From contig DASTWL010000012.1 in NCBI GenBank assembly GCA_035765895.1, positions 38,565-102,564 of the forward strand: a stretch of 64,000 bases of DNA, read 5' to 3'. Positions 47,417 to 55,570 of the stretch are shown piece by piece. The notes under the pieces are model-generated. The model searched no databases, was not told the DNA's origin, and saw only the letters and a program-made list of their open reading frames with translations. This DNA is from Verrucomicrobiia bacterium. GTDB taxonomy: Bacteria; Verrucomicrobiota; Verrucomicrobiia; Limisphaerales; DSYF01. The translations under genes were made by a program, and so were the position numbers. Within the stretch, counting starts at the first letter, position 1. Each line of letters opens with the position of its first letter.

Positions 47417-48040
47417 CTACTTGAAGCGCATCCGGTAATGCTGGTAGCGGTTCATCACCGTCACGACGTAGTTGCTCGTGGTGGGGAAGCCGATCTGGGT
47501 GAGGAATGCCGCGCTGTTCGTCGCCGCCGCACCATTGTTCCAGCGCACCACGTTGCCGCGTCCCGCATTGTAGTCCGCCAGCGCATAGGGCAGGGGATTA
47601 TCCGTCTTTGTGTAACGCTTCAGCAGCTTGGCCAGGTAAAACGTGCCGGCCAGCGTGTTGGTGCGCGGATCAAGGCACAACGCGTGGTTGAAGCCGGTGA
47701 TGTGCTCGGCGTCCGCCCATTCGCCGGCGGCGAGATCCTGGATCTGCATCAGGCCCAGTTCGCCGGCCCGGCCGCGGGCGGCGGGATTGAACCGGCTTTC
47801 ACGCCACACCAGCGCCTTGACCAGTGCGGGTTCCACGCCGTAACGCCGGGCCGCCGCACGAATGGGTTCATCCTGGCTGTGCTCCAGCCGCTCCTGCCAG
47901 CCCCACCAGAGCGCGGCCGGCAGGGCGAGCAGCAACACCGTCACCGTCAGTATCCAGCTTCCTTTCACCGCAGTTTTTTTATCCCGACCTCCCCGGGCAA
48001 TGGAATCCTGAAATACGCGGCGGCGAAAAATGTTTTCCAC
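47417..48040 (-). CDS. lytic transglycosylase (SLT domain)
   Basis: It has an N-terminal anchor. The catalytic region is ALVWRESRFNPAARGRAGELGLMQI, with AGTFYL and YNAG motifs. Confidence 0.85.
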   Translation of the reverse strand: MENIFRRRVFQDSIARGGRDKKTAVKGSWILTVTVLLLALPAALWWGWQERLEHSQDEPIRAAARRYGVEPALVKALVWRESRFNPAARGRAGELGLMQIQDLAAGEWADAEHITGFNHALCLDPRTNTLAGTFYLAKLLKRYTKTDNPLPYALADYNAGRGNVVRWNNGAAATNSAAFLTQIGFPTTSNYVVTVMNRYQHYRMRFK

Positions 48041-48125
48041 CGGGCGATGGGCGGTTGGGTTTTGATTGGCCGGGTCGTGAATCGTTTGCTATTTTGCCCC
48101 GCACACTTACAACTTCAGGACCAAC

Positions 48126-48398
48126 ATGCCGCAAGCCATCATGGATCCCGGCGAGGTGCGCCGGTTTGCCGAAGAGTTGAAACGCTTCAACCTTGAGTTG
48201 CAGAACCGCATGTCGTTGCTGCAGGCGCGTTTCGCCGCGCTGGGCGACACGTGGTCCGACCAGGAACATGCCAAGTTCGCCGAGGAGTTTCGCGACACGA
48301 TGAAAGTGCTGAAAAAATTCATCGATGCCTCCAACGTCCATACGCCCTTCCTGCTCCGCAAGGCGAAGCGGATTGAGGAATATTTGGATCAGCACTGA
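48126..48398 (+). CDS. WXG100-like small helical protein (W-S-D variant)
   Basis: It is 90 aa with a predicted helix-turn-helix hairpin and a central turn LGDTWSDQEHAKFAEEF. Trp43 sits at mid-length and the aromatic residue at W+8 follows the WxGxxxxx[FY] pattern. Codon third positions look coding. Confidence 0.6.
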   Translation: MPQAIMDPGEVRRFAEELKRFNLELQNRMSLLQARFAALGDTWSDQEHAKFAEEFRDTMKVLKKFIDASNVHTPFLLRKAKRIEEYLDQH

Positions 48399-48503
48399 CA
48401 CGGTTGCATCGTTGCATGGTCACGGCGTTACATTGGATGCAGGCGGACGGCCTGACGGCCCCCGCGCGGCAACGGGACAACGATTCAATGCGGTAACACT
48501 CTC

Positions 48504-49046
48504 ATGCCCGAACGCGCCCAAGTCACCTCGCTGGAAGCCATCGAAGCCTTTCGCGCCCGCCTGACCATTTATCGCGACAAGGCTGCGCGCGTGCTCGATG
48601 AAGTGGCCGAAGAGGTGAAGCGCACCCGCGTGTGGCTCCAGAGCGATCGCGTTCCGTTTTGGGAGGGCCAGATTCGCCGGCGGCAGAAGGATCTCGAAAT
48701 GCGCCAGCAGGAGCTGTTCAGCGCGCAGCTTTCCGGCATGCGCGATGCATCGTTCGTGCAACAGCAGGCGGTGCAACGCGCCCGGCGCGCGGTGCAGGAG
48801 GCCGAGGACAAGCTGCGTTTGGTCAAGCAGTGGAACCGCCAATACGATCAGCGTGTCGAACCTGCGGGCAAGCAGGCGGAGAAGTTGCGTCACAATCTGG
48901 CGCACGACCTGGGACTGGCCATTGCCCATCTTTCGGAAGTCATCCGGACCCTGGCCGAATACAGTGAAATCCATCCCGCCGCACCGCCTGCTCCACCCGC
49001 GAACGGCGCGGAATCGCCGCCCGCATCGGAAGGAGGCGCCGCATGA
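48504..49046 (+). CDS. helical protein with a W-E-G turn and a Pro/Ala-rich tail
   Basis: It is 180 aa with long heptad-like helices and FWEG at residues 52-55. The C-terminus PAAPPAPPANGAESPPASEGGAA looks disordered. Its stop overlaps the next start (ATGA). Confidence 0.55.
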   Translation: MPERAQVTSLEAIEAFRARLTIYRDKAARVLDEVAEEVKRTRVWLQSDRVPFWEGQIRRRQKDLEMRQQELFSAQLSGMRDASFVQQQAVQRARRAVQEAEDKLRLVKQWNRQYDQRVEPAGKQAEKLRHNLAHDLGLAIAHLSEVIRTLAEYSEIHPAAPPAPPANGAESPPASEGGAA

Positions 49047-49252
49047 CCACGGGAGCGAAGAACAGATTGATTGGCCTCACGAAGGAATTGTCCGCAGATT
49101 GGGCCGTGACCAAGGAATCCTGGCGCGACGCCAAAAGTTTGGAATTTGAAAAACGTTATCTGGAAGACCTGATGGCCGGCGTGAATGCCGCCGTCACCAA
49201 CATTGATGCCCTTGAACGAATCCTCGGAAAAATCCACGACGACTGCCAGTAA
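49043..49252 (+). CDS. WXG100-like small helical protein (W-R-D variant), paralogous to 48126-48398
   Basis: It is 69 aa. ESWRDAKSLEFEKRY aligns with TWSDQEHAKFAEEF of the first protein (W-x-D-x5-F-x3-[FY]). It overlaps the 5' end of the ATPase ORF unless the ATPase starts at TTG 49293 or GTG 49305. Confidence 0.45.
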   Translation: MTTGAKNRLIGLTKELSADWAVTKESWRDAKSLEFEKRYLEDLMAGVNAAVTNIDALERILGKIHDDCQ

Positions 49253-52200
49253 GCTGGCGGGTGCGGGCGAAACCCTGGCGCTCCTGGACCGGTTGCGCCG
49301 CACGGTGCGGGAGACCGTCACGCGCCTGGAACAGGCGGAGCGCGATTACCAGGCGCGGGCCGGCAAGGTGCACGCCCAGTTTGAGCAGGCCATCGAAACC
49401 GAGCGTTCGCGGTGGGCCTCCGAAATGGAGGCGGAGCGCGCCGCCGCCGAAGCCCGGCGCAATGAAATCGAAGTCGCCCATGCCGCGCGCAAAAGCCGGA
49501 TCGCCCGCGCTCTTTCCAATGCGCGTCAGCGCAAGGCCGGTGAAATTGACGCCGAAGAGAGCCGGCACACGTTTGCGATCCAACGCGACCTGCTCGAAGC
49601 CGACCGCGTGCGCGAAGTGGAGGCCAAGGCCAACAAGGACCACTACGAAGCCGTGCAGGCGCGTCTGGCCGACGAGCTGGCCACCATCGAGCAGTTCGAA
49701 GCCCGCTACCGTTCCTCGCTGGGCGCCTATCGTTCGCTGGCCCGCCTGCTTCCCGTCGAATCACCCGCGCCGGAATTACAGCAGGCGCCCGACGCGTTTC
49801 CGCCCGAACCGAAGCTGCTCGAGGAGTTGCAGGCCAAGGTGGACGGAGCGGCGCACGAGCTGGCCCATATTCGCGGCGCCGTGCTGCCGTTGGGCTTCAA
49901 GTTCCTGCCCGTCTGGCTGTGGATCATTCTGCTGCTGGCGGCGCCCTTCATCTTCGTGCCCGCGCTGCGCAAATTCGATTTCCACGCGGCGCCGGTGCCG
50001 CTCGCGCTGGGCCTGGTCGTGGCCGGCCTCGCTTTGATCCTGGGATTGTGGTGGCTGGGCAAGCGGCTCGCCGCGGCGCCGGCCCGGGCGGCGGTCAAGG
50101 CGTTGCAGGAAGCGCGCCGGCTGCACCAGGTCGGTGGCGAAAAGGCCGCCGCGAGCTTTGCCGCCGAGGATGAGCGAATCAAGGTCACGCACGCGAGTGC
50201 GACGACCTTCAACAACAATCTCTGGAAGCAAAAGCAGGTGGAGGCGAAGGCGCTGCATGAGGACTGGGCGGAGCGCTTCGAGAACCGGGCGCGCACGTTG
50301 CGTTCGGCCGCGGACGGCCGGCGGTTGCATCGCCTGACGATGGTGGACCAGGCCCATGCCGAGCGGGTCAACGCCCTGGCCGAACAGTCCTCGGCGCGCA
50401 AGGCGCAGGTTGAGGCAGCCCAGGTCGAAGGTCTCGCCAAACTGGCCGTCGTGCGCGATGAAGCCCGCGCCAGCGCCGAGGCCAACTGGCAGAATCTCGT
50501 GTTGCCGGCCTACCGCGCCCTGCAAGCCGCCGCCGCCGCCGCGGATCAAGCCTTTCCCGCGTGGGAGCCGGCGCTGTGGCAACGCTTCTCCCTGCCGGAA
50601 CAGTTTCCCCATGCCGCCCGCTTCGCCGAACTGGCGGTGGACCTGGAACGGCTGGCTGGCGTGACGCTGGTGGATGACCGTCTCGGGCTGCCGGGGCCGA
50701 AGCGCTTTTCGCAGCCGCTGTTGCTCGATGTGCCCCGGCAGGCATCGCTGCTGTTTGAAACGAAGCAATCCGGCCAGGCACAGGTCGTCGGCGCGCTGAA
50801 CAATCTCGTGCTGCGGCTGTTCACGAGCGCGCCGCCGGGACGGCTGGCGTTCACCATTTTTGACCCGGTCGGGCTGGGCCAGAATTTCGCCGGCATCATG
50901 CATCTGGCCGACTTTGAGGAACGGCTCATCAACAGCCGCATCTGGACGCAGCAGGCGCAGTTCGAGCAGCGGCTGGCAGATCTCAACGAGCACATCGAAA
51001 AGGTCACGCAGATGTATCTGCGCAACGAATACGCGACGCTGGCCGAATACAATGCGCAGGCCGGGCGCATGGCGGAGAAATATCATTTCCTCGTCATCGC
51101 GGATTTTCCCGTGAACTTCAGCGATGTGGCGGTGAAGCGGCTGATGAACATTGCTGCGGCCGGACCACGTTGCGGTGTGCATTTGCTGATCCACTGGGAT
51201 CAACGCCGTCCCGCGCCCGTGGAGTTTGTGCCGGATGAACTCCGTAAGAACGCGATTTGTCTCGTGCCCAAAGGCGAGGGCTTCGCCGTGGCGAACTGTC
51301 CGGCGCTGGAGGCGAAGGACGGTGCGGCCATCTCGGGGGTCAACACCTGGGAGGGCGTCAAGCTCACGCTCGATGCACCGCCGGACGCCGAACTGGCCAC
51401 GCGTTTGTGGCATCAGATTGGGAAGGACAGCATTGATTCCAGCCGGGTGGAAATGCCGTTTGCGGAAGTGGCCCCCGGCCCGGACGAATTCTGGAGCCTC
51501 GACACCACCGGCGAATTGCGCGTGCCGATTGGCCGCACCGGCGCGACCAAGCTGCAATACCTCGCACTCGGCAAAGGCACGCGCCAGCACGCGCTGGTGG
51601 CAGGCAAGACCGGCTCCGGCAAATCCACGCTCTTCCACGTCATCATCACCAACCTCGCGCTCTGGTGCAGTCCCGAGCAGGTCGAGTTTTACCTTGTGGA
51701 TTTCAAGAAGGGCGTCGAGTTCAAGTGCTACGCCACGCAAAAACTGCCGCACGCCCGCGTCATTGCCATTGAGAGCGACCGCGAGTTTGGCTTGAGCGTG
51801 TTGCAGCGCCTCGATGAGGAACTGAAGCGTCGCGGTGATTTGTTCCGCAAGCTGGGCGCCCAGGACATTGCCGGTTACAAACGCGCGGGCGGCACGGAGC
51901 CGATGCCGCGTGTGCTGCTGCTGATTGACGAGTTTCAGGAGCTGTTCGTCGAGGACGACCGCGTGTCGCAGGGGGCGTCGTTGCTGCTCGACCGCATCGT
52001 GCGCCAGGGGCGCGCCTTCGGCATTCATGTCATCCTCGGTTCGCAGACATTGGGAGGCGCCTACACGCTGGCACGGGCGACCATCGGGCAAATGGTGGTC
52101 CGCATCGCGCTCCAGTGCAACGAGGCGGACGCCTACCTCATCATGAACGAGGACAATCCCGCGCCGCGGCTGCTCTCGCGTCCGGGCGAGGCGATTTACA

Positions 52201-53183
52201 ACGACGATGCCGGCGCGATTCAGGGCAACAGCCCGTTCCAGGTGGTCTGGTTGCCGGACCAGGAACGCGACCAGTGGCTGGAGCGGGCGCACCGAATTTC
52301 TGCCGGGACCACCGCGCGCGTGCCGATTGTTTTCGAGGGTAACGCGCCGGCCGATGTGCGGGAAAATCCCCTGTTGCGCGCGGCACTGGCGCAACCGGCA
52401 AAAGCCGCGGCGACCGCGCCGCACGTGTGGCTCGGCGCGCCCAATTCCATCAAGGGGCCGACTGAAGCCGTGTTCCGTCGGGCCAGCGGCAATCATCTGC
52501 TTGTCGTCGGTCAGCGCGACGAGGCGGCGCTGGCGATGCTGGGCATTGCCCTGGTGTCGCTGGCGGCGCAACAGCCCAAAACGGCAGCGCGATTCTTCGT
52601 GTTCGATTGCAGCGCGCCGGATGCCGCGGAGGCCCGGTTCCTGGAGCGCGTCATCGCGGCGGTGCCGCACGCCGTAAGGCTCGTCCGTCCGGGCGACGTG
52701 GACGAGGTCATGGCCGCGCTGGCCGGCGAACAGCAACGGCGCGCGGATGGCGGCGGGGCGGACGCGCCGGAAACGTATCTGCTCGTGCACGGGTTGCAGC
52801 GCAACAAGAAGCTGCGCTTCGATGAGGAAATGAGCTTTTCCATGGATGCCGACGCGGGTGCGAATCCGGGGTTGCAGTTCAACAAGCTGATTTGCGAGGG
52901 AGCGGGGCTGGGCTTCCACGTCATCGCCACCTGCGACACCTACAACAACCTCATGCGCATGCTGAGCCGGAAGGCGGTCAGCGAATTCGAGATGCGCGTG
53001 GTGTTCCAGATGAGCGCGAACGACTCGGCGAGCCTGATTGAATCGCCACAGGCCAACAACCTTGGCCTGCATCGCGCCCTGTTCTACAACGGCCACGAGG
53101 GCTGGCTGGAGACGTTCCGCCCCTATGCCTTGCCCGACGATGTCTGGGTGCAGGGCGTGCGCGAACAACTGGCAGCGACGTGA
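49185..53183 (+). CDS. membrane-anchored FtsK/SpoIIIE-family ATPase with three FtsK-like modules (EssC/EccC-like)
   Basis: Up to 1332 aa. Layout: coiled coil, two TM helices (about 49880-50060), a second coiled coil, then three FtsK-like modules. Only the middle module has an intact Walker A (GKTGSGKST, about 51603) and Walker B (LLLIDEFQ, about 51915). The first (ETKQSGQAQ / FLVIADF) and third (LLVVGQRDEA / LLVHGLQ) are degenerate. The start is uncertain: 49185, 49206, 49293 or 49305. Confidence 0.85.
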   Translation: MPPSPTLMPLNESSEKSTTTASKLAGAGETLALLDRLRRTVRETVTRLEQAERDYQARAGKVHAQFEQAIETERSRWASEMEAERAAAEARRNEIEVAHAARKSRIARALSNARQRKAGEIDAEESRHTFAIQRDLLEADRVREVEAKANKDHYEAVQARLADELATIEQFEARYRSSLGAYRSLARLLPVESPAPELQQAPDAFPPEPKLLEELQAKVDGAAHELAHIRGAVLPLGFKFLPVWLWIILLLAAPFIFVPALRKFDFHAAPVPLALGLVVAGLALILGLWWLGKRLAAAPARAAVKALQEARRLHQVGGEKAAASFAAEDERIKVTHASATTFNNNLWKQKQVEAKALHEDWAERFENRARTLRSAADGRRLHRLTMVDQAHAERVNALAEQSSARKAQVEAAQVEGLAKLAVVRDEARASAEANWQNLVLPAYRALQAAAAAADQAFPAWEPALWQRFSLPEQFPHAARFAELAVDLERLAGVTLVDDRLGLPGPKRFSQPLLLDVPRQASLLFETKQSGQAQVVGALNNLVLRLFTSAPPGRLAFTIFDPVGLGQNFAGIMHLADFEERLINSRIWTQQAQFEQRLADLNEHIEKVTQMYLRNEYATLAEYNAQAGRMAEKYHFLVIADFPVNFSDVAVKRLMNIAAAGPRCGVHLLIHWDQRRPAPVEFVPDELRKNAICLVPKGEGFAVANCPALEAKDGAAISGVNTWEGVKLTLDAPPDAELATRLWHQIGKDSIDSSRVEMPFAEVAPGPDEFWSLDTTGELRVPIGRTGATKLQYLALGKGTRQHALVAGKTGSGKSTLFHVIITNLALWCSPEQVEFYLVDFKKGVEFKCYATQKLPHARVIAIESDREFGLSVLQRLDEELKRRGDLFRKLGAQDIAGYKRAGGTEPMPRVLLLIDEFQELFVEDDRVSQGASLLLDRIVRQGRAFGIHVILGSQTLGGAYTLARATIGQMVVRIALQCNEADAYLIMNEDNPAPRLLSRPGEAIYNDDAGAIQGNSPFQVVWLPDQERDQWLERAHRISAGTTARVPIVFEGNAPADVRENPLLRAALAQPAKAAATAPHVWLGAPNSIKGPTEAVFRRASGNHLLVVGQRDEAALAMLGIALVSLAAQQPKTAARFFVFDCSAPDAAEARFLERVIAAVPHAVRLVRPGDVDEVMAALAGEQQRRADGGGADAPETYLLVHGLQRNKKLRFDEEMSFSMDADAGANPGLQFNKLICEGAGLGFHVIATCDTYNNLMRMLSRKAVSEFEMRVVFQMSANDSASLIESPQANNLGLHRALFYNGHEGWLETFRPYALPDDVWVQGVREQLAAT

Positions 53184-53192
53184 GCGAACGCT

Positions 53193-54038
53193 TCAGCGTG
53201 GCCGCGTGGCCCGTTCTTGAAGCCAGGTGATGTCCGGGTTGTTCGGCGAGGCGAAGAGGTCGTTCACAAATCCATCCCGGACCAGCGGCGGCGTCGTGCG
53301 GGGGTCGCGCCACTTCTTGATTTCCGAATGCCCGTCGGCGAAGGAGAAGCCGCAGGCGCCGTTGTGGTAAATTCCAGGCAAATCCCAGAAGACATACCGC
53401 TCGGGCTGATTGGGCCAGCCGCTCATGTTCACGCACAGGTTGCCCATATCGATGCTGTCCTCGCGCATGTCGAGCAGCACGAACATCATCGAAGGCGGCG
53501 GGTCGTTGATGTCGGAAAACTTCAGGTAGATGCGGTAATTGCTGATTTGCGGTCCCCAATTGCCGTCGGTGCCGCCCCAGCCGCCGAGATAGACATTCAT
53601 CGACATGCTGCGCACGCGCGGTTTGGCTTCGCCGTTGACGATGACCTTGGAGGTGTCCGCCGGGCAGCGCCAGATGCTGAGGTTCTGGCCGCAGTAGGGC
53701 CAGAGCGGGCTTTTCTTGATGCTGACATCGGGATCCCAGTTGGCGCGGTTCGCGGGGTTGTAGTCCAACGTGCCGGTGACCCATGCGTAAGGGTAGGTAT
53801 CGGGGAGCCAGGGCGCTTCGCTCGCGTAGGGGAGCAGATCGTGGTTGTCCTCGGCATACATCCGCCAGGCCAGCGCGAGCTGGCGGTGATTGTTCATGCA
53901 GTAAATGCCCTGGGCCTTTTGTTTGGCGCGATTCAAGGTCGGGAGGAGCAGCGCCGCCAGAATGCCAATGATCACAATGACGACCAGCAGCTCGATGAGC
54001 GTGAAGCCGGCCGAATTGGACAACTTGGGGCAGCGCAT
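53193..54038 (-). CDS. DUF1559 protein with prepilin-type N-terminal cleavage/methylation signal (H-X9-DG type)
   Basis: The N-terminus is [23 protein letters not shown]. The C-terminal motif [13 protein letters not shown] is typical of the large PVC paralog family. Confidence 0.88.
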   Translation of the reverse strand: MRCPKLSNSAGFTLIELLVVIVIIGILAALLLPTLNRAKQKAQGIYCMNNHRQLALAWRMYAEDNHDLLPYASEAPWLPDTYPYAWVTGTLDYNPANRANWDPDVSIKKSPLWPYCGQNLSIWRCPADTSKVIVNGEAKPRVRSMSMNVYLGGWGGTDGNWGPQISNYRIYLKFSDINDPPPSMMFVLLDMREDSIDMGNLCVNMSGWPNQPERYVFWDLPGIYHNGACGFSFADGHSEIKKWRDPRTTPPLVRDGFVNDLFASPNNPDITWLQERATRPR

Positions 54039-54102
54039 GGTGGTTTAAGCGGGCCCTTCAAGGCTTGCCCACGCCGCCCGGCCTGTCAACCGCTGCAGCG
54101 CC

Positions 54103-54534
54103 TCAATTGCCGGGCTGGGCCAGCGTGCGCCAGTCCTTCAGCACGCCGTCCACAAAGTGCAGTTCGGCGCGGATGTAGGTGCGCGGCTGGTAATCGTTGA
54201 TGAGGTAGCGTTCGAGGAAACGGTCCCGGCCGGTGCCAATCTGCCGGTAGGCCCAGTAACGGGTTTCCTCCATCCAGCCGCCTTCGTAAAGCCACGTGGT
54301 GACGGCGCCGTGTTCGTCTTCGCTCTGCAACACCTGCGCGGGCTTGCCCCACGCGATGTAAACGGCGTCCGTGGTCATGCCGACCTTGATCTGCCCCTGA
54401 TCGACGAGTTCCCGTTGGGTGGATGTCAGGGCGGCGTAGGCGGCCGGTCGTTCTGCGGCGCGCGATGCCGGCGTTTTGGTGGCACAACCGGTCATGAGCA
54501 GGCCGGCCGACAGAAGTAACAGCCATCGTTTCAC
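54103..54534 (-). CDS. hypothetical lipoprotein
   Basis: It has a lipobox (LLMTGC). A likely GTG start at 54534 gives VKRWLLLLSAG. The ATG at 54594 would add a non-signal extension. Confidence 0.5.
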   Translation of the reverse strand: MKRWLLLLSAGLLMTGCATKTPASRAAERPAAYAALTSTQRELVDQGQIKVGMTTDAVYIAWGKPAQVLQSEDEHGAVTTWLYEGGWMEETRYWAYRQIGTGRDRFLERYLINDYQPRTYIRAELHFVDGVLKDWRTLAQPGN

Positions 54535-54718
54535 AGTAACAATGACGCAAACCGGCGGCTGGTATTCAAGCGCAAGCTGCGCAAGGCCGCCCACTTGGCG
54601 CCAAGCCGCGGGCCAAAATCAGTGCCCAAGGCCAAAACGCTGCCGTCATCCGGGCCCAATTCGCCCGTGCCCGGCGGGGAATCTTGCCACGCCGCGGGCG
54701 ACCGCGTATTCCCTGCGC

Positions 54719-55564
54719 ATGCGTTTTGGCATAAACACCTTCCTGTTCACCTCGCCGTTCACAAACCGCAGCACGCGGCTGTTTGGAACGTTCCGGCGCT
54801 GGGGGTTTGACAGTGTGGAAATCGCCGTCGAAGACCCGGCCGACATTGATCCGGCCCGCATCAAGGCGGAACTCGACCGCCACCAACTGGTCGCCGGCAC
54901 GCTCTGTGCCTGCTTCCCGCCGGCGCGCGATCTGCGCGGCACCGCGCGGCAACAGCGCGAATGCCAGCGCTACCTGCGGGCGTTGCTCCGGCTGATGCCG
55001 GCGCTGAATTGCCGCACGCTGATTGGTCCGCTGTATTCCGCCACGGGTCGCGCGGAAATGGTGCCGCCGGCCCAGCGGCGCGCCCAGTGGCGCCTGGTCG
55101 TGCGCCAGTTGCGGGAGATTTGCGACGTGGCCGGTGACGCGGGCGTGTCGATTGCGATGGAGCCGCTGAACCGCTTTGAAACGGATTTCCTCAACACGGT
55201 GGAGCAGGGGCTCGCGCTGATTGCCGAGGTCAATCGCCCGGCGCTGAAGCTGTTGCTCGACACGTTCCACATGAACATCGAGGAAAAGGACATTCCCGCC
55301 GCCATCCGCCGCGCGGGCCGGCACGTGGCACACTTCCATGCGTGTGGCAGCGACCGCGGCACGCCGGGCAGGGACCATCTCGACTGGCCCGGCATCCGGG
55401 CTGCGTTGCACGACATTGGTTACGCCGGCGATGTCGTCATCGAATCGTTCACACCGGACGTGAAGGTCATCGCCCGCGCCGCGGCCATCTGGCGGCGCAT
55501 CGAGCCGACGCGGGAGGAAATCGCCCGGCAGGGGCTGCATTTTTTGCGAGAAAATCTGAAGTGA
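54719..55564 (+). CDS. sugar phosphate isomerase/epimerase (xylose isomerase-like TIM barrel)
   Basis: MRFGINTFLF..WGFDSVEI and the motifs IAMEPLNRFE and LLDTFHMNIEE are typical of the family. I prefer the start at 54719. Confidence 0.8.
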   Translation: MRFGINTFLFTSPFTNRSTRLFGTFRRWGFDSVEIAVEDPADIDPARIKAELDRHQLVAGTLCACFPPARDLRGTARQQRECQRYLRALLRLMPALNCRTLIGPLYSATGRAEMVPPAQRRAQWRLVVRQLREICDVAGDAGVSIAMEPLNRFETDFLNTVEQGLALIAEVNRPALKLLLDTFHMNIEEKDIPAAIRRAGRHVAHFHACGSDRGTPGRDHLDWPGIRAALHDIGYAGDVVIESFTPDVKVIARAAAIWRRIEPTREEIARQGLHFLRENLK

Positions 55565-55570
55565 CCTGCC

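Noticed and set aside
48041-48125. Sigma-70 type promoter guess (TTGATT / TATTTT or TTGCTA / TACAAC) upstream of the WXG-like gene
   Set aside because: The spacings are wrong (22 nt) or the hexamers are poor, so a promoter call from sequence alone cannot be supported.
49776-53168. 1130-aa ORF on the minus strand, antisense to the FtsK-like ATPase
   Set aside because: Its translation is Arg/Ala/Gly/Pro-rich low-complexity sequence with no motifs, typical of shadow ORFs in high-G+C DNA. The plus-strand frame has clear Walker motifs.
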